From positions 1-41,882 of the forward strand of contig JAZKFH010000034.1 of NCBI GenBank assembly GCA_040386535.1: a stretch of DNA of 41,882 nt, given 5' to 3'. Origin of the DNA: Myxococcota bacterium. GTDB lineage: Bacteria > Myxococcota_A > UBA796 > SXON01. The notes beneath the pieces are model-generated. The model was not told where the DNA came from. It made no database searches and was given only the letters and a program-made list of their open reading frames with translations. How positions within the stretch are numbered: the first letter of the stretch is position 1; the number at the start of each line of letters is the position of its first letter. Shown here piece by piece: positions 17,294 through 28,987 of the stretch. A program made the translations under genes and the position numbers.

Positions 17294-19381
17294 ATGGACT
17301 GGACCCCCGAACAACGCGCCGTGATCGACCACCCGCTCGACACGCACGCCGTGGTCCGCGCGGTGCCCGGCGCGGGGAAGACGACCACGCTGGTCGGGCG
17401 CGTGGCGCGGTTGTGTGCGTTGGGGGTGGAGCCGACGCGCATCCGCGTGGTGATGTTCAACAAGTCGATCCAGGAGCACTTCGTTGCGCGGCTCGCGGCC
17501 GAGGGCGTCGAGGGGGTGCGGGTCACGACGTTCGACGCGCTGGGGCACGAGGTGCTCCGCGTCGCGATGCGGCGGGGCCTCACGCGGCCGATGACGTTCG
17601 AGAGCGACGGCACGCTCAAGTGGGCGCGCGCGGTGTGGCCGCAATACCGCGATCGCATCGAGACGGCCGACGAGATCGCGGCGGCGGTGGCGTTCTGGAA
17701 GGCCCACCTCGTGTCACCCGCCAAGGCGGCGTTCAAGTCGGAGCCCGGCTTTGTCGAGGCGTACCGCGAGGTCGAGGCGCTCCGCGTGCGCGACGGCGTG
17801 GTGCGCGTGGCGTTCGAGGACATGGTGCGCACCGCCGTGGGCGTGCTCGGGCAACACCCGCGGCTGCTCGGGCCGGTGGACCACGTGCTCGTCGACGAGT
17901 TCCAGGACGTCAACCCCGGCCGCGTCGAGCTGGTGCGGCGCCTCGCGCACGAGGGGACCGCGATCCTGGCCGTGGGCGACGAGGACCAGGGCGTCAACGA
18001 GTGGTGCGGCGCGCACCCGCGCTATTTCCGGGAGTTCGCGGCGACGTTTCCGTGGCTCCCCACGCAGACCTATCCGCTCACCCGCAGCTTCCGATTTGGG
18101 AAGGTGATCGCGGCGGCGGCCAACGGTGTCATCCGCCACAACGCCGCGCGCGCGCCGCTGACGGTGGTGGGCGGCGGGCAGGCGCCGGGGCTGGTCACCG
18201 AGGTGGCGGACGTGGCCGCGAGCGTGCTCGGCCTGTTCGCGAAGGGGTGGGCGCCCGACGACGTGGCGGTGCTGTACCGGGGCCGGACGCAGGGCGCCTC
18301 GGCGTTGGCGGCGCTGGCCGCGGCGGGGGTGCCGATGCGCACCGAGGACATCGGGATCCTCACCCGCGGTCGTGGCCCGGAGCTGGCGCTGGCCTATCTG
18401 CGTCATGCCACGACCGACACACCTGTCACCTTCGAGGAGGTGTGGCCGGTGGTGTGGGCGCCCGATCGGTACATCCAGAAGGAGGCGTTCGGAAAGCAGG
18501 TGCTCCGGCACGGAGGGAAGGGTTTGCGCGCCGTGTTGCAGGATCGCGCGCTCGCCGCCGAGCTTGGACAAGGGCGGGGGGCGCTCACCGCGCTCACCGA
18601 GCTGTCGCGCCTGCTCGACTCGATGGGGCGCGCGTCGACCGCGGGCGTGGCGCTCGACCGCCTGCTCGCCGAGGTCGACATCGAGGCCCAACTCAAGGCG
18701 CGCCTCCGCTCCGAGAAGGACCAGGAGCTCGCGATTGCCACGTTCCACGCCGTGCACGCGCTGCTCCGCGGCCTGAAGGTGCGCCCGGCCGACGCGGGCA
18801 AGGCCCTGGAGACGCTCGACCCCACGTTTGGGAGGCGTACGGACCAGTGTGTGTGGGTGTCCACCATCCACAAGGCCAAGGGCCTCGAGTGGCGCTGTGT
18901 CGTCCTGCCCGGGCTCATCGAGGGCGCCTGCCCCGCCGAGGCGCGAGGCCACGTGCCCGGCACGGTCGAGGAGCCCGACGGCATCGGCCAGAGCGACTGG
19001 ATCGAGCAGGAGCGGCGCATCTTCTACGTAGGCCTCACCCGCGCGGTCGACCAGGTGCTCCTCCACGCACCGACCGATTCGCCGAGCCGGTTTGTCGCCG
19101 AGGCCAAGGGCGCCCCGTGGCGTCCGCCCGCCTCCAACCCAACGCTGCGCCAGGTCACGGACGCGGTGGTGCGGCGGGTGCTCGAAACCGACGCGAGGCC
19201 TCCGCCGACCGGAAAGGGGTGGACGGACGAGGACGACGATGCGCTGGCCCAGATGTGGCAGGAGGGAGAGACGCTCGACGCGATCGTGACGGTGTTCAAG
19301 CGGTCCTCCAGCGCGGTGGCCGCGCGGCTGGTGAAGCTGGGGTTGGTGGCCGATCGGGCCGAGGCATGGCGGCGGGCGTAG
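17294..19381 (+). CDS. UvrD/Rep family SF1 helicase with C-terminal HTH-like domain
   Basis: Q motif EQ, AVPGAGKT, TTFD, LVDEFQD, VGDEDQ, SFR, STIHKAKGLEW, ERRIFYVGLTRA. Confidence 0.92.
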   Translation: MDWTPEQRAVIDHPLDTHAVVRAVPGAGKTTTLVGRVARLCALGVEPTRIRVVMFNKSIQEHFVARLAAEGVEGVRVTTFDALGHEVLRVAMRRGLTRPMTFESDGTLKWARAVWPQYRDRIETADEIAAAVAFWKAHLVSPAKAAFKSEPGFVEAYREVEALRVRDGVVRVAFEDMVRTAVGVLGQHPRLLGPVDHVLVDEFQDVNPGRVELVRRLAHEGTAILAVGDEDQGVNEWCGAHPRYFREFAATFPWLPTQTYPLTRSFRFGKVIAAAANGVIRHNAARAPLTVVGGGQAPGLVTEVADVAASVLGLFAKGWAPDDVAVLYRGRTQGASALAALAAAGVPMRTEDIGILTRGRGPELALAYLRHATTDTPVTFEEVWPVVWAPDRYIQKEAFGKQVLRHGGKGLRAVLQDRALAAELGQGRGALTALTELSRLLDSMGRASTAGVALDRLLAEVDIEAQLKARLRSEKDQELAIATFHAVHALLRGLKVRPADAGKALETLDPTFGRRTDQCVWVSTIHKAKGLEWRCVVLPGLIEGACPAEARGHVPGTVEEPDGIGQSDWIEQERRIFYVGLTRAVDQVLLHAPTDSPSRFVAEAKGAPWRPPASNPTLRQVTDAVVRRVLETDARPPPTGKGWTDEDDDALAQMWQEGETLDAIVTVFKRSSSAVAARLVKLGLVADRAEAWRRA

Positions 19382-19425
19382 GTCCGCGGGGGCGTCGAGA
19401 GGTTACATGGCGGCGCGGAGGCCCC

Positions 19426-20364
19426 ATGCACGTGCCCGATCCCAACGCCACCGACGACTGTTTCGGCGTCGCCAACGCCAGCCTCGTCAAGCGGAGCATG
19501 GTCGAGGCCGTGCAGCGCGGCATCCAGGCGATCCGGCGCGCGCGCCACGCGTTCGAGTCGGAGTCCAAGGGCCTCAAGGACGGCGGCGGCGAGGACTTCG
19601 TCACCAGCGCCGACCGCGGGGCCCAGGCCGCCATGGTCAAGGTGCTCTCGGAGGACTTTCCCCACTTCGGCATCGTGGCCGAGGAGGACGGGCTGCACCG
19701 CCCCTCCACCCACCCGGACGACCTCTGGTTCTCCCTCGATCCGCTCGACGGCACCAGCGCCTTTCGCCGACGCCAATCCGGCGGCTTCGGCCCCATGTTG
19801 GCGCTCGCGCGCGGCGAGACCGTCATCGCCGCCTTCGTGGGCGACGCGATGACCCAGGAGGTGTTCGGCTACAAGCCCGGCTCCGACAAGGTGTGGCGCA
19901 GCGCCCCCGATCTGCCGCCCGAGCGGCTCGAGCCGTGGACCACGCGTCGCCTCGCGGGCCAGTACGTGCTCCTCCGCGACAACCCGTGGGCCTACTCCGC
20001 GCGCGGCCAGGCCCTCTGCCTGCGCACGTTCGACGGGCCGCTCGGCGTGTCCAAGCCGCCCCTGTTCGCCGGCATGGAGACCGCCAACGGAAGCATCGGC
20101 CTCTCCTTCGCGCGGCTCTGGAAAGGAGAGGTGGGCGCGCACCTGTTGCGCCCCAACAAGCAGACGCCGTGGGATCTGTTGCCGGTCCTCGGCATCAGCC
20201 TGCGCCTCGGCTTCGTGTTCCTCCGCCTCGGCCCCGACGGCGCGCTCACGCCCTTCGTGCCGCGCGTGTCGAAGGAGGTGTACCGCACGGATGACGAGGT
20301 GCTGGTGGTGCACGAGCGGCATGTGAGTGAGCTGTTGGCTTGGTGTGGCGTAGAGGGGGTCTGA
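19426..20364 (+). CDS. Inositol monophosphatase family protein
   Basis: DFVTSAD, IVAEE, LDPLDGT and PWD motifs. Confidence 0.85.
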   Translation: MHVPDPNATDDCFGVANASLVKRSMVEAVQRGIQAIRRARHAFESESKGLKDGGGEDFVTSADRGAQAAMVKVLSEDFPHFGIVAEEDGLHRPSTHPDDLWFSLDPLDGTSAFRRRQSGGFGPMLALARGETVIAAFVGDAMTQEVFGYKPGSDKVWRSAPDLPPERLEPWTTRRLAGQYVLLRDNPWAYSARGQALCLRTFDGPLGVSKPPLFAGMETANGSIGLSFARLWKGEVGAHLLRPNKQTPWDLLPVLGISLRLGFVFLRLGPDGALTPFVPRVSKEVYRTDDEVLVVHERHVSELLAWCGVEGV

Positions 20365-20402
20365 CTTTTACGACCCACGCGAGTGGGGTCTGACCTTACG
20401 AC
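20356..20402. repeat. Short direct repeat pair with hairpin between convergent genes
   Basis: GGGGTCTGACTTTTACGAC (20356) and GGGGTCTGACCTTACGAC (20385), bridged by GACCCAC-GCGA-GTGGGGTC. Confidence 0.55.
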
Positions 20403-20424
20403 TTACCACCTACGGCGCCCAGGC

Positions 20425-21996
20425 CTACCGCTCCCAGTCCGACCACACCGTGGTCCAATCGAGCACACATGTCACGTCCCCAGCGGCCACGGGCTCCCGG
20501 CAGGCGCGCCCGTCCGCGTCCGCGCCGAGGATCTCCAGCGCCGAATCGTACACGTCGATCGCGGCCCCGCCCGCGCGGTCCGAGAGCGTTCCCTCCGCGA
20601 TCGCGCCCGCGTACCGCACCCGCACCTGGGCGTTTGCCGCGGGCGTCCCGTCCGCGAGGCGCACATGCACCACGACGCGCCGAGGAGCCCCGCTCGGCTC
20701 CTCCAAGCGGATCTCCCGGTGCTCCCCGGCGCCGAGATCGAAGGGGCCGACCGTCGCGAGCGGGCCCTCACTCGCGGTCAGGAGCCAGCGGCCCGGCGCG
20801 AGCCCGAACCACCCCACGCGGCCGTCCCGGCAGGATGCCTTCCTGGGCGCGAGGCGGCTGCCCCGTTCGCCCACGGTATCGAGGAGGAACGTGGCGCCAC
20901 ACGCGTCGGCGCCGAGCGAGACCACCTCGTCTCCCACCACGACGACTGTCGCGGTTCCTGGCGTCAGCGTCGCGGTGTCCCCCTCCACGGACGCGGCCCA
21001 ACCCGACAATCGGCCGCCACCCTCGATCCGCACGTTCGCCGTCGTCGGGCAATCGCACACGAAGGGGGCATCGGGGGAGCAGGTCGACTCCAGGGCGCCG
21101 CTCCCGCACACCGCGGTGTGGGGGCGCGCGCATGCGCCTGGGACGCCGTCGATGTCACACGCGACCCGCACGCGGCGGGAACGTGACAGCGCCACCTCCT
21201 GCTCTCCGGTCGGCCACCCGTCTGCCGTGGGGCAGACACTGCCGGTGACGAACCCGGCCGCCACGATCTCGGCGCAGTAGGGCGCCCACGCTTGGACCTG
21301 GGCGCGGCCCTCCGCGTCCGTGGGCGTGCCGTTCACCAGGGCGCCGGGGAGCGGGGTGTGTTGGTCGTCGAGGACGCGCACCGCGAGCGTCGGCCGGACG
21401 CCGATGTGTAACGTGGCACGGTCCGAGGGGATCACAGCGGGCGACACCCACAGGTCCAAATCGTCGGCCAGGCGTACGTCCAACTCCCCACAGGGCACCG
21501 TGCTCGTGCCGACCGCGGGCATGGTTTCTTCCCACCCGGGGCGGCGCAGGAGCACGCGTTTCGGGCGGTCGGCCGGCACCGCGGGATCCCGCTCCACGTC
21601 GAGCGCCAGGGCGCATCGCGCCGGAGCGATCAGCAGCGTGACGGCGTCACCGGGTGCTACCAGGACGGACGCGGGGAGGGTCGGCCACCCGACGACGCTC
21701 ACGTTGGCCGGCAGCGCGTCTGGAGGCAGGCAGGCTTGCCCGTCCGCGTCGGTCCAGCGTTCGAGGCCGTCCGCGTCGGATTGGACGCGCAAGCCCGAGA
21801 GGCCCTCGCCCATCGAGGTGAGGACGCGGACGCACGAAGGTCGCGCGGGTATGTCTCGCGCCGCGTTGTCGCCCTTCTGCGTGCGAGGGGGCGCCCGGTT
21901 GGTGACCACGGGCCCCGGACGGCCGAGCCAGAGCGCGACCGCCACGACCGAGCCCACCACGAGCGCCATGCCGGCGCGAGCTCGAATCCTGGTCAT
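20425..21996 (-). CDS. Exported hypothetical protein with carboxypeptidase-regulatory-like beta domains
   Basis: N-terminal TM/signal; recurring TDADGQA, TDAEGRA and LADGTPAANAQV motifs; many Cys. Confidence 0.7.
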   Translation of the reverse strand: MTRIRARAGMALVVGSVVAVALWLGRPGPVVTNRAPPRTQKGDNAARDIPARPSCVRVLTSMGEGLSGLRVQSDADGLERWTDADGQACLPPDALPANVSVVGWPTLPASVLVAPGDAVTLLIAPARCALALDVERDPAVPADRPKRVLLRRPGWEETMPAVGTSTVPCGELDVRLADDLDLWVSPAVIPSDRATLHIGVRPTLAVRVLDDQHTPLPGALVNGTPTDAEGRAQVQAWAPYCAEIVAAGFVTGSVCPTADGWPTGEQEVALSRSRRVRVACDIDGVPGACARPHTAVCGSGALESTCSPDAPFVCDCPTTANVRIEGGGRLSGWAASVEGDTATLTPGTATVVVVGDEVVSLGADACGATFLLDTVGERGSRLAPRKASCRDGRVGWFGLAPGRWLLTASEGPLATVGPFDLGAGEHREIRLEEPSGAPRRVVVHVRLADGTPAANAQVRVRYAGAIAEGTLSDRAGGAAIDVYDSALEILGADADGRACREPVAAGDVTCVLDWTTVWSDWER

Positions 21997-22127
21997 GCGC
22001 TCACGACGTTACCTCCGCCCCGTCGGCCACGTCAACCGCCCGCCGACGCCGCGCGGTGCCCTCGCCCGCGCCCTCCCCGCGCGAGGGACCGCCGTGTTAG
22101 ACGCCCGATCTCTTCGTGGAGTGGATC

Positions 22128-23522
<1,395 letters not shown>

Positions 23523-23668
23523 TCGCGTCGTAGCATGGAGACGCGGGCGGCCCGGCGCCCGAGGCGCCGTCGCCCCCTTCCAGGCGCGCGCTTCGCGCTC
23601 GGTCCCGCCCACGAACGGGCGGGGACCGGCCGCGCCGGGCGCGTCCGCCTTCCAGGCGGCTGCCGCGG

Positions 23669-24085
23669 TCAGTCGAGATGCTCGACCCCGGGACTCCCCA
23701 GGAGCCCCACCCACGGGTGCGCGCGCTCCTCGTAGATGGAGACGGTGGGGCCGGGGAACGCCGGGTCGGCGAACGCGCCGACGGCCACCACGACGAACCC
23801 CGGGAGGCCGTCGACCTCGTAGTGCACCGTGGTGCCGCACGCGGGGCAGAAGTGGAACGTGACGCGGCCGCCGGAGTCACCCGTGCGCGTGAACACGGTC
23901 GATCTGCCCTCGAACGCGCGGACCTGGTCGACGCTGAAACGCGCCTGCACGCCGAAGGCGCTGCCCGTGCGCTTCTGGCAGGCGAGGCAATGACACGCCG
24001 ACACGCGTACGGGCTCGCCCTCCACCACCACCCCGAGCTGCCCGCACGCACACTCCGCGCGCCGAATCCGCATGGGCTCGTCCAT
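23669..24085 (-). CDS. GFA (CENP-V/Gfa) Zn-binding family protein
   Basis: CACG, CHCLACQK and FCPACGT motifs. Confidence 0.9.
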   Translation of the reverse strand: MDEPMRIRRAECACGQLGVVVEGEPVRVSACHCLACQKRTGSAFGVQARFSVDQVRAFEGRSTVFTRTGDSGGRVTFHFCPACGTTVHYEVDGLPGFVVVAVGAFADPAFPGPTVSIYEERAHPWVGLLGSPGVEHLD

Positions 24086-24366
24086 CGCTCCCACCCCCGT
24101 CGGGAGGGTACTACGGCTCCGGCCAGAATCGTCACTGGGGCGCCGATGTCCCACTCCCTCGCCCGCGACATCTTTGTGAGGTGCACGAGTGGGACATGCA
24201 CACCACACCCCCTACGAGCACGTCGAAACGCCCATTTTGAGCGCTTGTCAAAAAGGTGTGGACCGCTGCCGAAGCAGCGTCTACGGTCCAGTTGGTCCCA
24301 CGGAGGAGACTTCACACCGCCCCCACGCTGGTTGTTCCAGGCGGGGGTTGCTACCGGAGGTCTGTC

Positions 24367-27300
24367 TTGTTCCAACGTTCTGTTCCACGTGTCAGCCTGG
24401 TGCTGGCGCTTCTCCTCACCGTGGTCGCGCCTGCCTACGCGGGTGATCGTGACAGTGTCGATCGAGCCAGTGTCGATCGAGCCAGTGTCGATCGATCCGG
24501 GGCGCGCCGCCCCATCCGTGCCGCCGAGCTCGCCCCCGCGTCGATCGACACGGCGGCCCAGGCCGCGCGCCTCGAAGCCATCACCCGGCTCGAAGACCTG
24601 GTTTCCCGAACCGACTTCTCCACGGAGCAGCGCGCGGAGATGCGGCTGCGCCTCGCCGAGCGCTACCTCGAGCAGGCCCGCGCGGCCTCGCTCGCCGAGA
24701 TGGCGGGGTGGGAGGCCGCGTACGAAAAGTGTTTCGACACGAAGGGCTGCGTCGCCGACAACGTCCGCATCGATGACTTCCGCGGCTTGGAAGGCCGCAC
24801 CTCGTCTGCTGTGTGGTACGAGAAGGGCATCAAGCAGTATCGTCGCATCCTGACGGAAACGCCCACGTTCGTCCGCGCCGACGAGGCCCAGTTCTACCTC
24901 GCCTATGCGCTGCGCGAGACCAACCGCGCCGACGAGGCCAACGACACCTTCACCCGGCTGGTCAAGACGGTGCCGGGCAGCACGTTCGTGCCGGACGCCT
25001 GGCTGCTGATCGGCGAGTATTGGTTCGACAAGGACGAGGTGCTCAAGGCGCTGGTCGCCTACCAGCGCGCCGCCACGTTCACGGAACATGACAAGCACCT
25101 GTTCTCCCTCTACAAGCTGGCGTGGTGCTACTACAACGTCGGGGCCGACACCCAGGCCCTCGACACGATGAAGAAGGTGGTGCGCGGGTCGATCGCCAAG
25201 GCCACCGCCGACGCCGGCGCGACCGGCACGATCCAGCTCCAGGAGGAGTCGCTCCGCGATCTGACGCTGTTCTATGCGGACCTCGGCGATCTCCAGGACG
25301 CGGAGGATTTCCTCGCCAACATCGGCCGCACCGATCTCGTGCCCGATCTGCTCGACCGCGCGGCCTCGCGTGTGTTCGAGCAGGGCAAGTACGAGCTCGC
25401 CATCACCACGTGGCGGCGGCTGCTCGCGGCCAACGTCCAGGCGCCGTCGGCGCCCACCCACCACGCGCGCATCCTCGCGGCCCTGCGCAAGGTCGACCGC
25501 AAGGAGGACGTGCTCGCCGAGCTCGGGCGGTTCCGCGAGAGCTACGGAACGTCGAGCGCGTGGGCGCGGGCCAACGCGGCGCGCCCGGAGGCGATCGCCG
25601 CCGCGTCCGAGATCCTCGAGAAGGAGCTGCGCACCGTCGCCGTCGATTGGCACGCGGAGGCGCGCAAGCTCCGCACCGGGGCGGGCGCGACGCGGGTGTA
25701 CGGGCTCGCGGAGCGGGCCTACGCCGTGTACCTCGCCGACTTCGGCGGCACGGAGCGGGGGAGCCCGCACGCCTACGAGGTGCGCTACGCCTACGCGGAG
25801 CTGCTCTACGCGGTGGCGAAGTACGACCTCGCGTACGAGAACTACACCGCCGTCGTGGCGCTCGATCCGAAGGGAGCGCGCGCCCGCTTCTGCGCCGAGT
25901 CCGCGATCTTCGCGGCGGAGCAGATGGTGAAGCGAGAGCCCAAGTCCCCCGTGGTGGGCGCCGCGCCCGTGCCGCTCACCGCGTGGGAGACCAACCAGCT
26001 CGCGGCCCTCGACCAGTACGCCGCCCTGTTCCCGGGGGACCCCAAGCTCCGCGACGTGGTCTACAAGGCGGGTTGGCTGTTGTACGGCAAGAACCAATTC
26101 GCGGCGGCGTCCGAGCGCTTCAACGTCGTCATCGCGATGGAGCCCAAGTCGCGCGAGGCCGAGCAGGCGGCCAACCTGATCCTCGACAGCTTCGCGCTGG
26201 TGGAGGACTGGGATGCGTTGCGGGCCAACGCGAAGCGGTACCGCGATCAGCCGGGGCTCGGCTCGGAGGGCTTCAAGCGGGAGGTCGCCACCGTGTACGA
26301 GAACGCCTCGCTCAAGGCAATCGAGGCGCGGTTCGCGAAGGACCACGACACGGCCGCCGTCGCCGCGGCGTACCTCGCGTGGAACGAGGAGTTTCCGGCG
26401 TCTCCCAACGCCGAGCTCGCCCTGCACAACGCGAGCGTCCACCTCGCCACGTTGGGTCGTGCCCGTGAGGCCCTCGCCGCGCGGCAGGCGCTCGTTGCGC
26501 GCTTCCCGCGGTCCAAGCACACCCCCGACGCCGTCGCGGCGGTGGGCTACGGCTACGAGTCGCTCGCGCAGTTCGACCAGGCGGCCATCTGGTACGAACG
26601 GCTCGCCACCGCCCACCCCACCCATCCGGACGCGCCGGATGCGTGCACCTCGGCGGCGTTGTTCCGCGCGTCGCTCGGGCAGTGGGAGGGCGCGGTGGCC
26701 GACTACCAACGCTACCTCACCACGTGGCCCGAGCGGGCTGACGCCGAGGGGGTGCGGCTCGCGGTCGCCCAACTCTACGAGGAGCACGGCAAGCCCAGCG
26801 ACGCCGCGGCCCTCTACCAACGCTTCTTCACCAAGCCGGCCCCGGCGGCGACGGTCGAGCAGGTGATGTTCGCCCGCCTCCGATACGGCCTCCAGTTGGA
26901 GGCGCTCGGGCAGGGAAAGAAGGTGGCGGCGCACTGGAAGGAGAGCGTGGCGTGGTTCGAGCGCGCCGGCGCCGTCGAGGTTTCTGCCGCGACCGCCTAC
27001 GCCGCGCAGATGCGCTTCGCGCTCGCCGAGCCGACCTGGGAGGCCTACGCGGCGCTCGCCATCGATGGCCCCAAGGGGCGGGACCTGTCCCCCGCCCAGA
27101 TCAACGCCCTGCTCGGCGCCCAGCTCCTGGCCAAGGTGCGCGCGTTGGGAGAGGTGACCCGCGCCTACACCGCGGTGATGGTGCCCGGCGCCGGCGAGTG
27201 GGCCATGGCCGCCGCGACGCGGATCGGCGCCGCCCACGAGGAGATGAGCGCGGCGTTGGACGCCTCGTACATCCCCGGTTTCCTCACCGAGGACCAGAAG

Positions 27301-27537
27301 GAGCTCTATCGGATGGGCTTGGATGACCGCATCTACGCCGAGAACCAGAAAGCGGCCGAGGCGTACACGGCCACGCTGACCACCTCCCACCGCCTCTCGG
27401 TCTACAACGCCCACACCGCGTCCGCCGTGCGGCGGCTCGGGGTGCTCCAGCCCGACGAACACCCGGTCCTGACCGAGACGTTGCTCACGCCGCGGTTCGT
27501 GGTGGCGGGGAGTGTGTCGATGGGGATCGAGGAGTAG
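24367..27537 (+). CDS. Large secreted TPR protein, GltD/AgmU-like
   Basis: TTG 6 nt after GGAGG; signal peptide ending AYA; many TPR/YfiO-like repeats (DEAQFYLAYAL, DAWLLIGEYWF, SLYKLAWCYY). The GltD likeness is from recall. Confidence 0.8.
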   Translation: MFQRSVPRVSLVLALLLTVVAPAYAGDRDSVDRASVDRASVDRSGARRPIRAAELAPASIDTAAQAARLEAITRLEDLVSRTDFSTEQRAEMRLRLAERYLEQARAASLAEMAGWEAAYEKCFDTKGCVADNVRIDDFRGLEGRTSSAVWYEKGIKQYRRILTETPTFVRADEAQFYLAYALRETNRADEANDTFTRLVKTVPGSTFVPDAWLLIGEYWFDKDEVLKALVAYQRAATFTEHDKHLFSLYKLAWCYYNVGADTQALDTMKKVVRGSIAKATADAGATGTIQLQEESLRDLTLFYADLGDLQDAEDFLANIGRTDLVPDLLDRAASRVFEQGKYELAITTWRRLLAANVQAPSAPTHHARILAALRKVDRKEDVLAELGRFRESYGTSSAWARANAARPEAIAAASEILEKELRTVAVDWHAEARKLRTGAGATRVYGLAERAYAVYLADFGGTERGSPHAYEVRYAYAELLYAVAKYDLAYENYTAVVALDPKGARARFCAESAIFAAEQMVKREPKSPVVGAAPVPLTAWETNQLAALDQYAALFPGDPKLRDVVYKAGWLLYGKNQFAAASERFNVVIAMEPKSREAEQAANLILDSFALVEDWDALRANAKRYRDQPGLGSEGFKREVATVYENASLKAIEARFAKDHDTAAVAAAYLAWNEEFPASPNAELALHNASVHLATLGRAREALAARQALVARFPRSKHTPDAVAAVGYGYESLAQFDQAAIWYERLATAHPTHPDAPDACTSAALFRASLGQWEGAVADYQRYLTTWPERADAEGVRLAVAQLYEEHGKPSDAAALYQRFFTKPAPAATVEQVMFARLRYGLQLEALGQGKKVAAHWKESVAWFERAGAVEVSAATAYAAQMRFALAEPTWEAYAALAIDGPKGRDLSPAQINALLGAQLLAKVRALGEVTRAYTAVMVPGAGEWAMAAATRIGAAHEEMSAALDASYIPGFLTEDQKELYRMGLDDRIYAENQKAAEAYTATLTTSHRLSVYNAHTASAVRRLGVLQPDEHPVLTETLLTPRFVVAGSVSMGIEE

Positions 27538-27592
27538 GCGATCGGTGGGGTCGGCCTGAGCGTGTCAGGTCGGCGCCCATCCGAGCGTGGTT

Positions 27593-28897
27593 TCACACGT
27601 ACCCCAACGCTCGCGCCTCCGCGGTGAGCGCGTCCCGGAACCGCGGGTGCGCGATGCTGATGAGCGAGCGGGCGCGTTGGCGGATGGTGAGCCCGTGCAG
27701 GTTGGCGCGGCCCCACTCGGTGGCGACGTGGTGCACGTCGCCCCGGCTCGTCACCACCCCGGCGCCGGGCGCCAACGTGCCGACGATGCGGCTGAGCGTG
27801 CCGCCGAGGGCGGTCGACGGCAGGACGATGATCGGCCGGCCACCCGGTGAGCGCGCGGCGCCTCGGAGGAAATCCACTTGCCCGCCGATGCCCGAGTAGA
27901 ACCGCGAGCCGATGCTGTCGGCGTTGACCTGCCCGGTCAGATCGATCGACAACGCCGCGTTGATGGCGACGAAGTTCGGGTGGCGCGCGATGATGGCGGG
28001 GTCGTTGGTGATCTCGCTGGGTTGCATCTCGATCGCGGGGTTGTCGTCGGACCAGGCGTACAGCCGCTCCGAGCCGAGCACGAACGACGACACGGCCTTG
28101 CCGGGCCACATCGGCTTGCGGGCACCGGTGGCGACGCCGGCCTCGACGAGATCCATCATGCCGTCGGAGAGCAGCTCCGTGTGGAAGCCGAGGTCGACAC
28201 GATCACGGAGCTGCGCGAGGAGCGCGTCGGGGATGGTGCCGATGCCGGTCTGGAGCGTGCACCCGTCGTCCACGAGCTCGGCGACGTGGCTGGCGATGCG
28301 CACGCGGGCGGCGTCGTAGGCCTCGGGCGGGAGCGTGGGGAGGGGGTGGTCCACCCACACCACGCGGTGGAAGCGGGAGATGTGGATCGCGCCGGCCCCG
28401 TGTGTGCGCGGCATCCGGGGGTTGATCTCCGCGATGACGAGCGGGGCGTGATCGACCGCGGCGCGCATCACGTCGACCGTGACGCCGAGCGAGCACCAGC
28501 CGCGCGCGTCCGGCGGCGAGACCTGCACCAGCGCGGCGTCGAGCGGCAGGCCCCCGTTCGGCCCGAACAGGGCGGGGACCTCGGAGAGGTGGATGGGGGT
28601 GTAGTCGGCGTCGCCGCGCGCGATCGCGGGGCGCACGGAGGGGCCGATGAAGAGGGCGTTCACGCGCAGGTGTCCGCGGGCCTCGGGCGTGACCAGGGCC
28701 TCGGAGCCGAAGGAGAGCACCTGCACGACCTCGAGACCGGTGAAGGTCGTCGCGGCGGCCGCGAGGGCGGCGACCAGGGCGCGGGGCTCACCGGCGTTGG
28801 CACCGATCGCGACGCGGCCCCGGCGCGGGAGCGCGGCGATCGCGGCCTCGGCGCTCACGGCGAGGGTGGGGTCGGCGATCAGGGGGTGCTGGTGCAT
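27593..28897 (-). CDS. Acetyl-CoA hydrolase/transferase (4-hydroxybutyrate CoA-transferase-like)
   Basis: LQTGIGTIPD, HTELLSDG, INAALSIDLTGQVNADSIG, SGIGGQVDF, VATEWG. Confidence 0.93.
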   Translation of the reverse strand: MHQHPLIADPTLAVSAEAAIAALPRRGRVAIGANAGEPRALVAALAAAATTFTGLEVVQVLSFGSEALVTPEARGHLRVNALFIGPSVRPAIARGDADYTPIHLSEVPALFGPNGGLPLDAALVQVSPPDARGWCSLGVTVDVMRAAVDHAPLVIAEINPRMPRTHGAGAIHISRFHRVVWVDHPLPTLPPEAYDAARVRIASHVAELVDDGCTLQTGIGTIPDALLAQLRDRVDLGFHTELLSDGMMDLVEAGVATGARKPMWPGKAVSSFVLGSERLYAWSDDNPAIEMQPSEITNDPAIIARHPNFVAINAALSIDLTGQVNADSIGSRFYSGIGGQVDFLRGAARSPGGRPIIVLPSTALGGTLSRIVGTLAPGAGVVTSRGDVHHVATEWGRANLHGLTIRQRARSLISIAHPRFRDALTAEARALGYV

Positions 28898-28920
28898 CGG
28901 TGCGCTCCGGACGCAGCTTC

Positions 28921-28937
28921 TGCAAACGGCGTGCCGC
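28921..28937 (-). promoter_or_regulatory. Sigma-54 -24/-12 promoter for the CoA transferase
   Basis: Minus strand GCGGCACGCCGTTTGCA (GG-N10-GC), followed by GGAG and the ATG at 28897. Confidence 0.7.
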
Positions 28938-28987
28938 CGCCGACCAGCGCGTGAGGGGCCCCGGCTGCGTGCACGCGTCCCGGTCGG

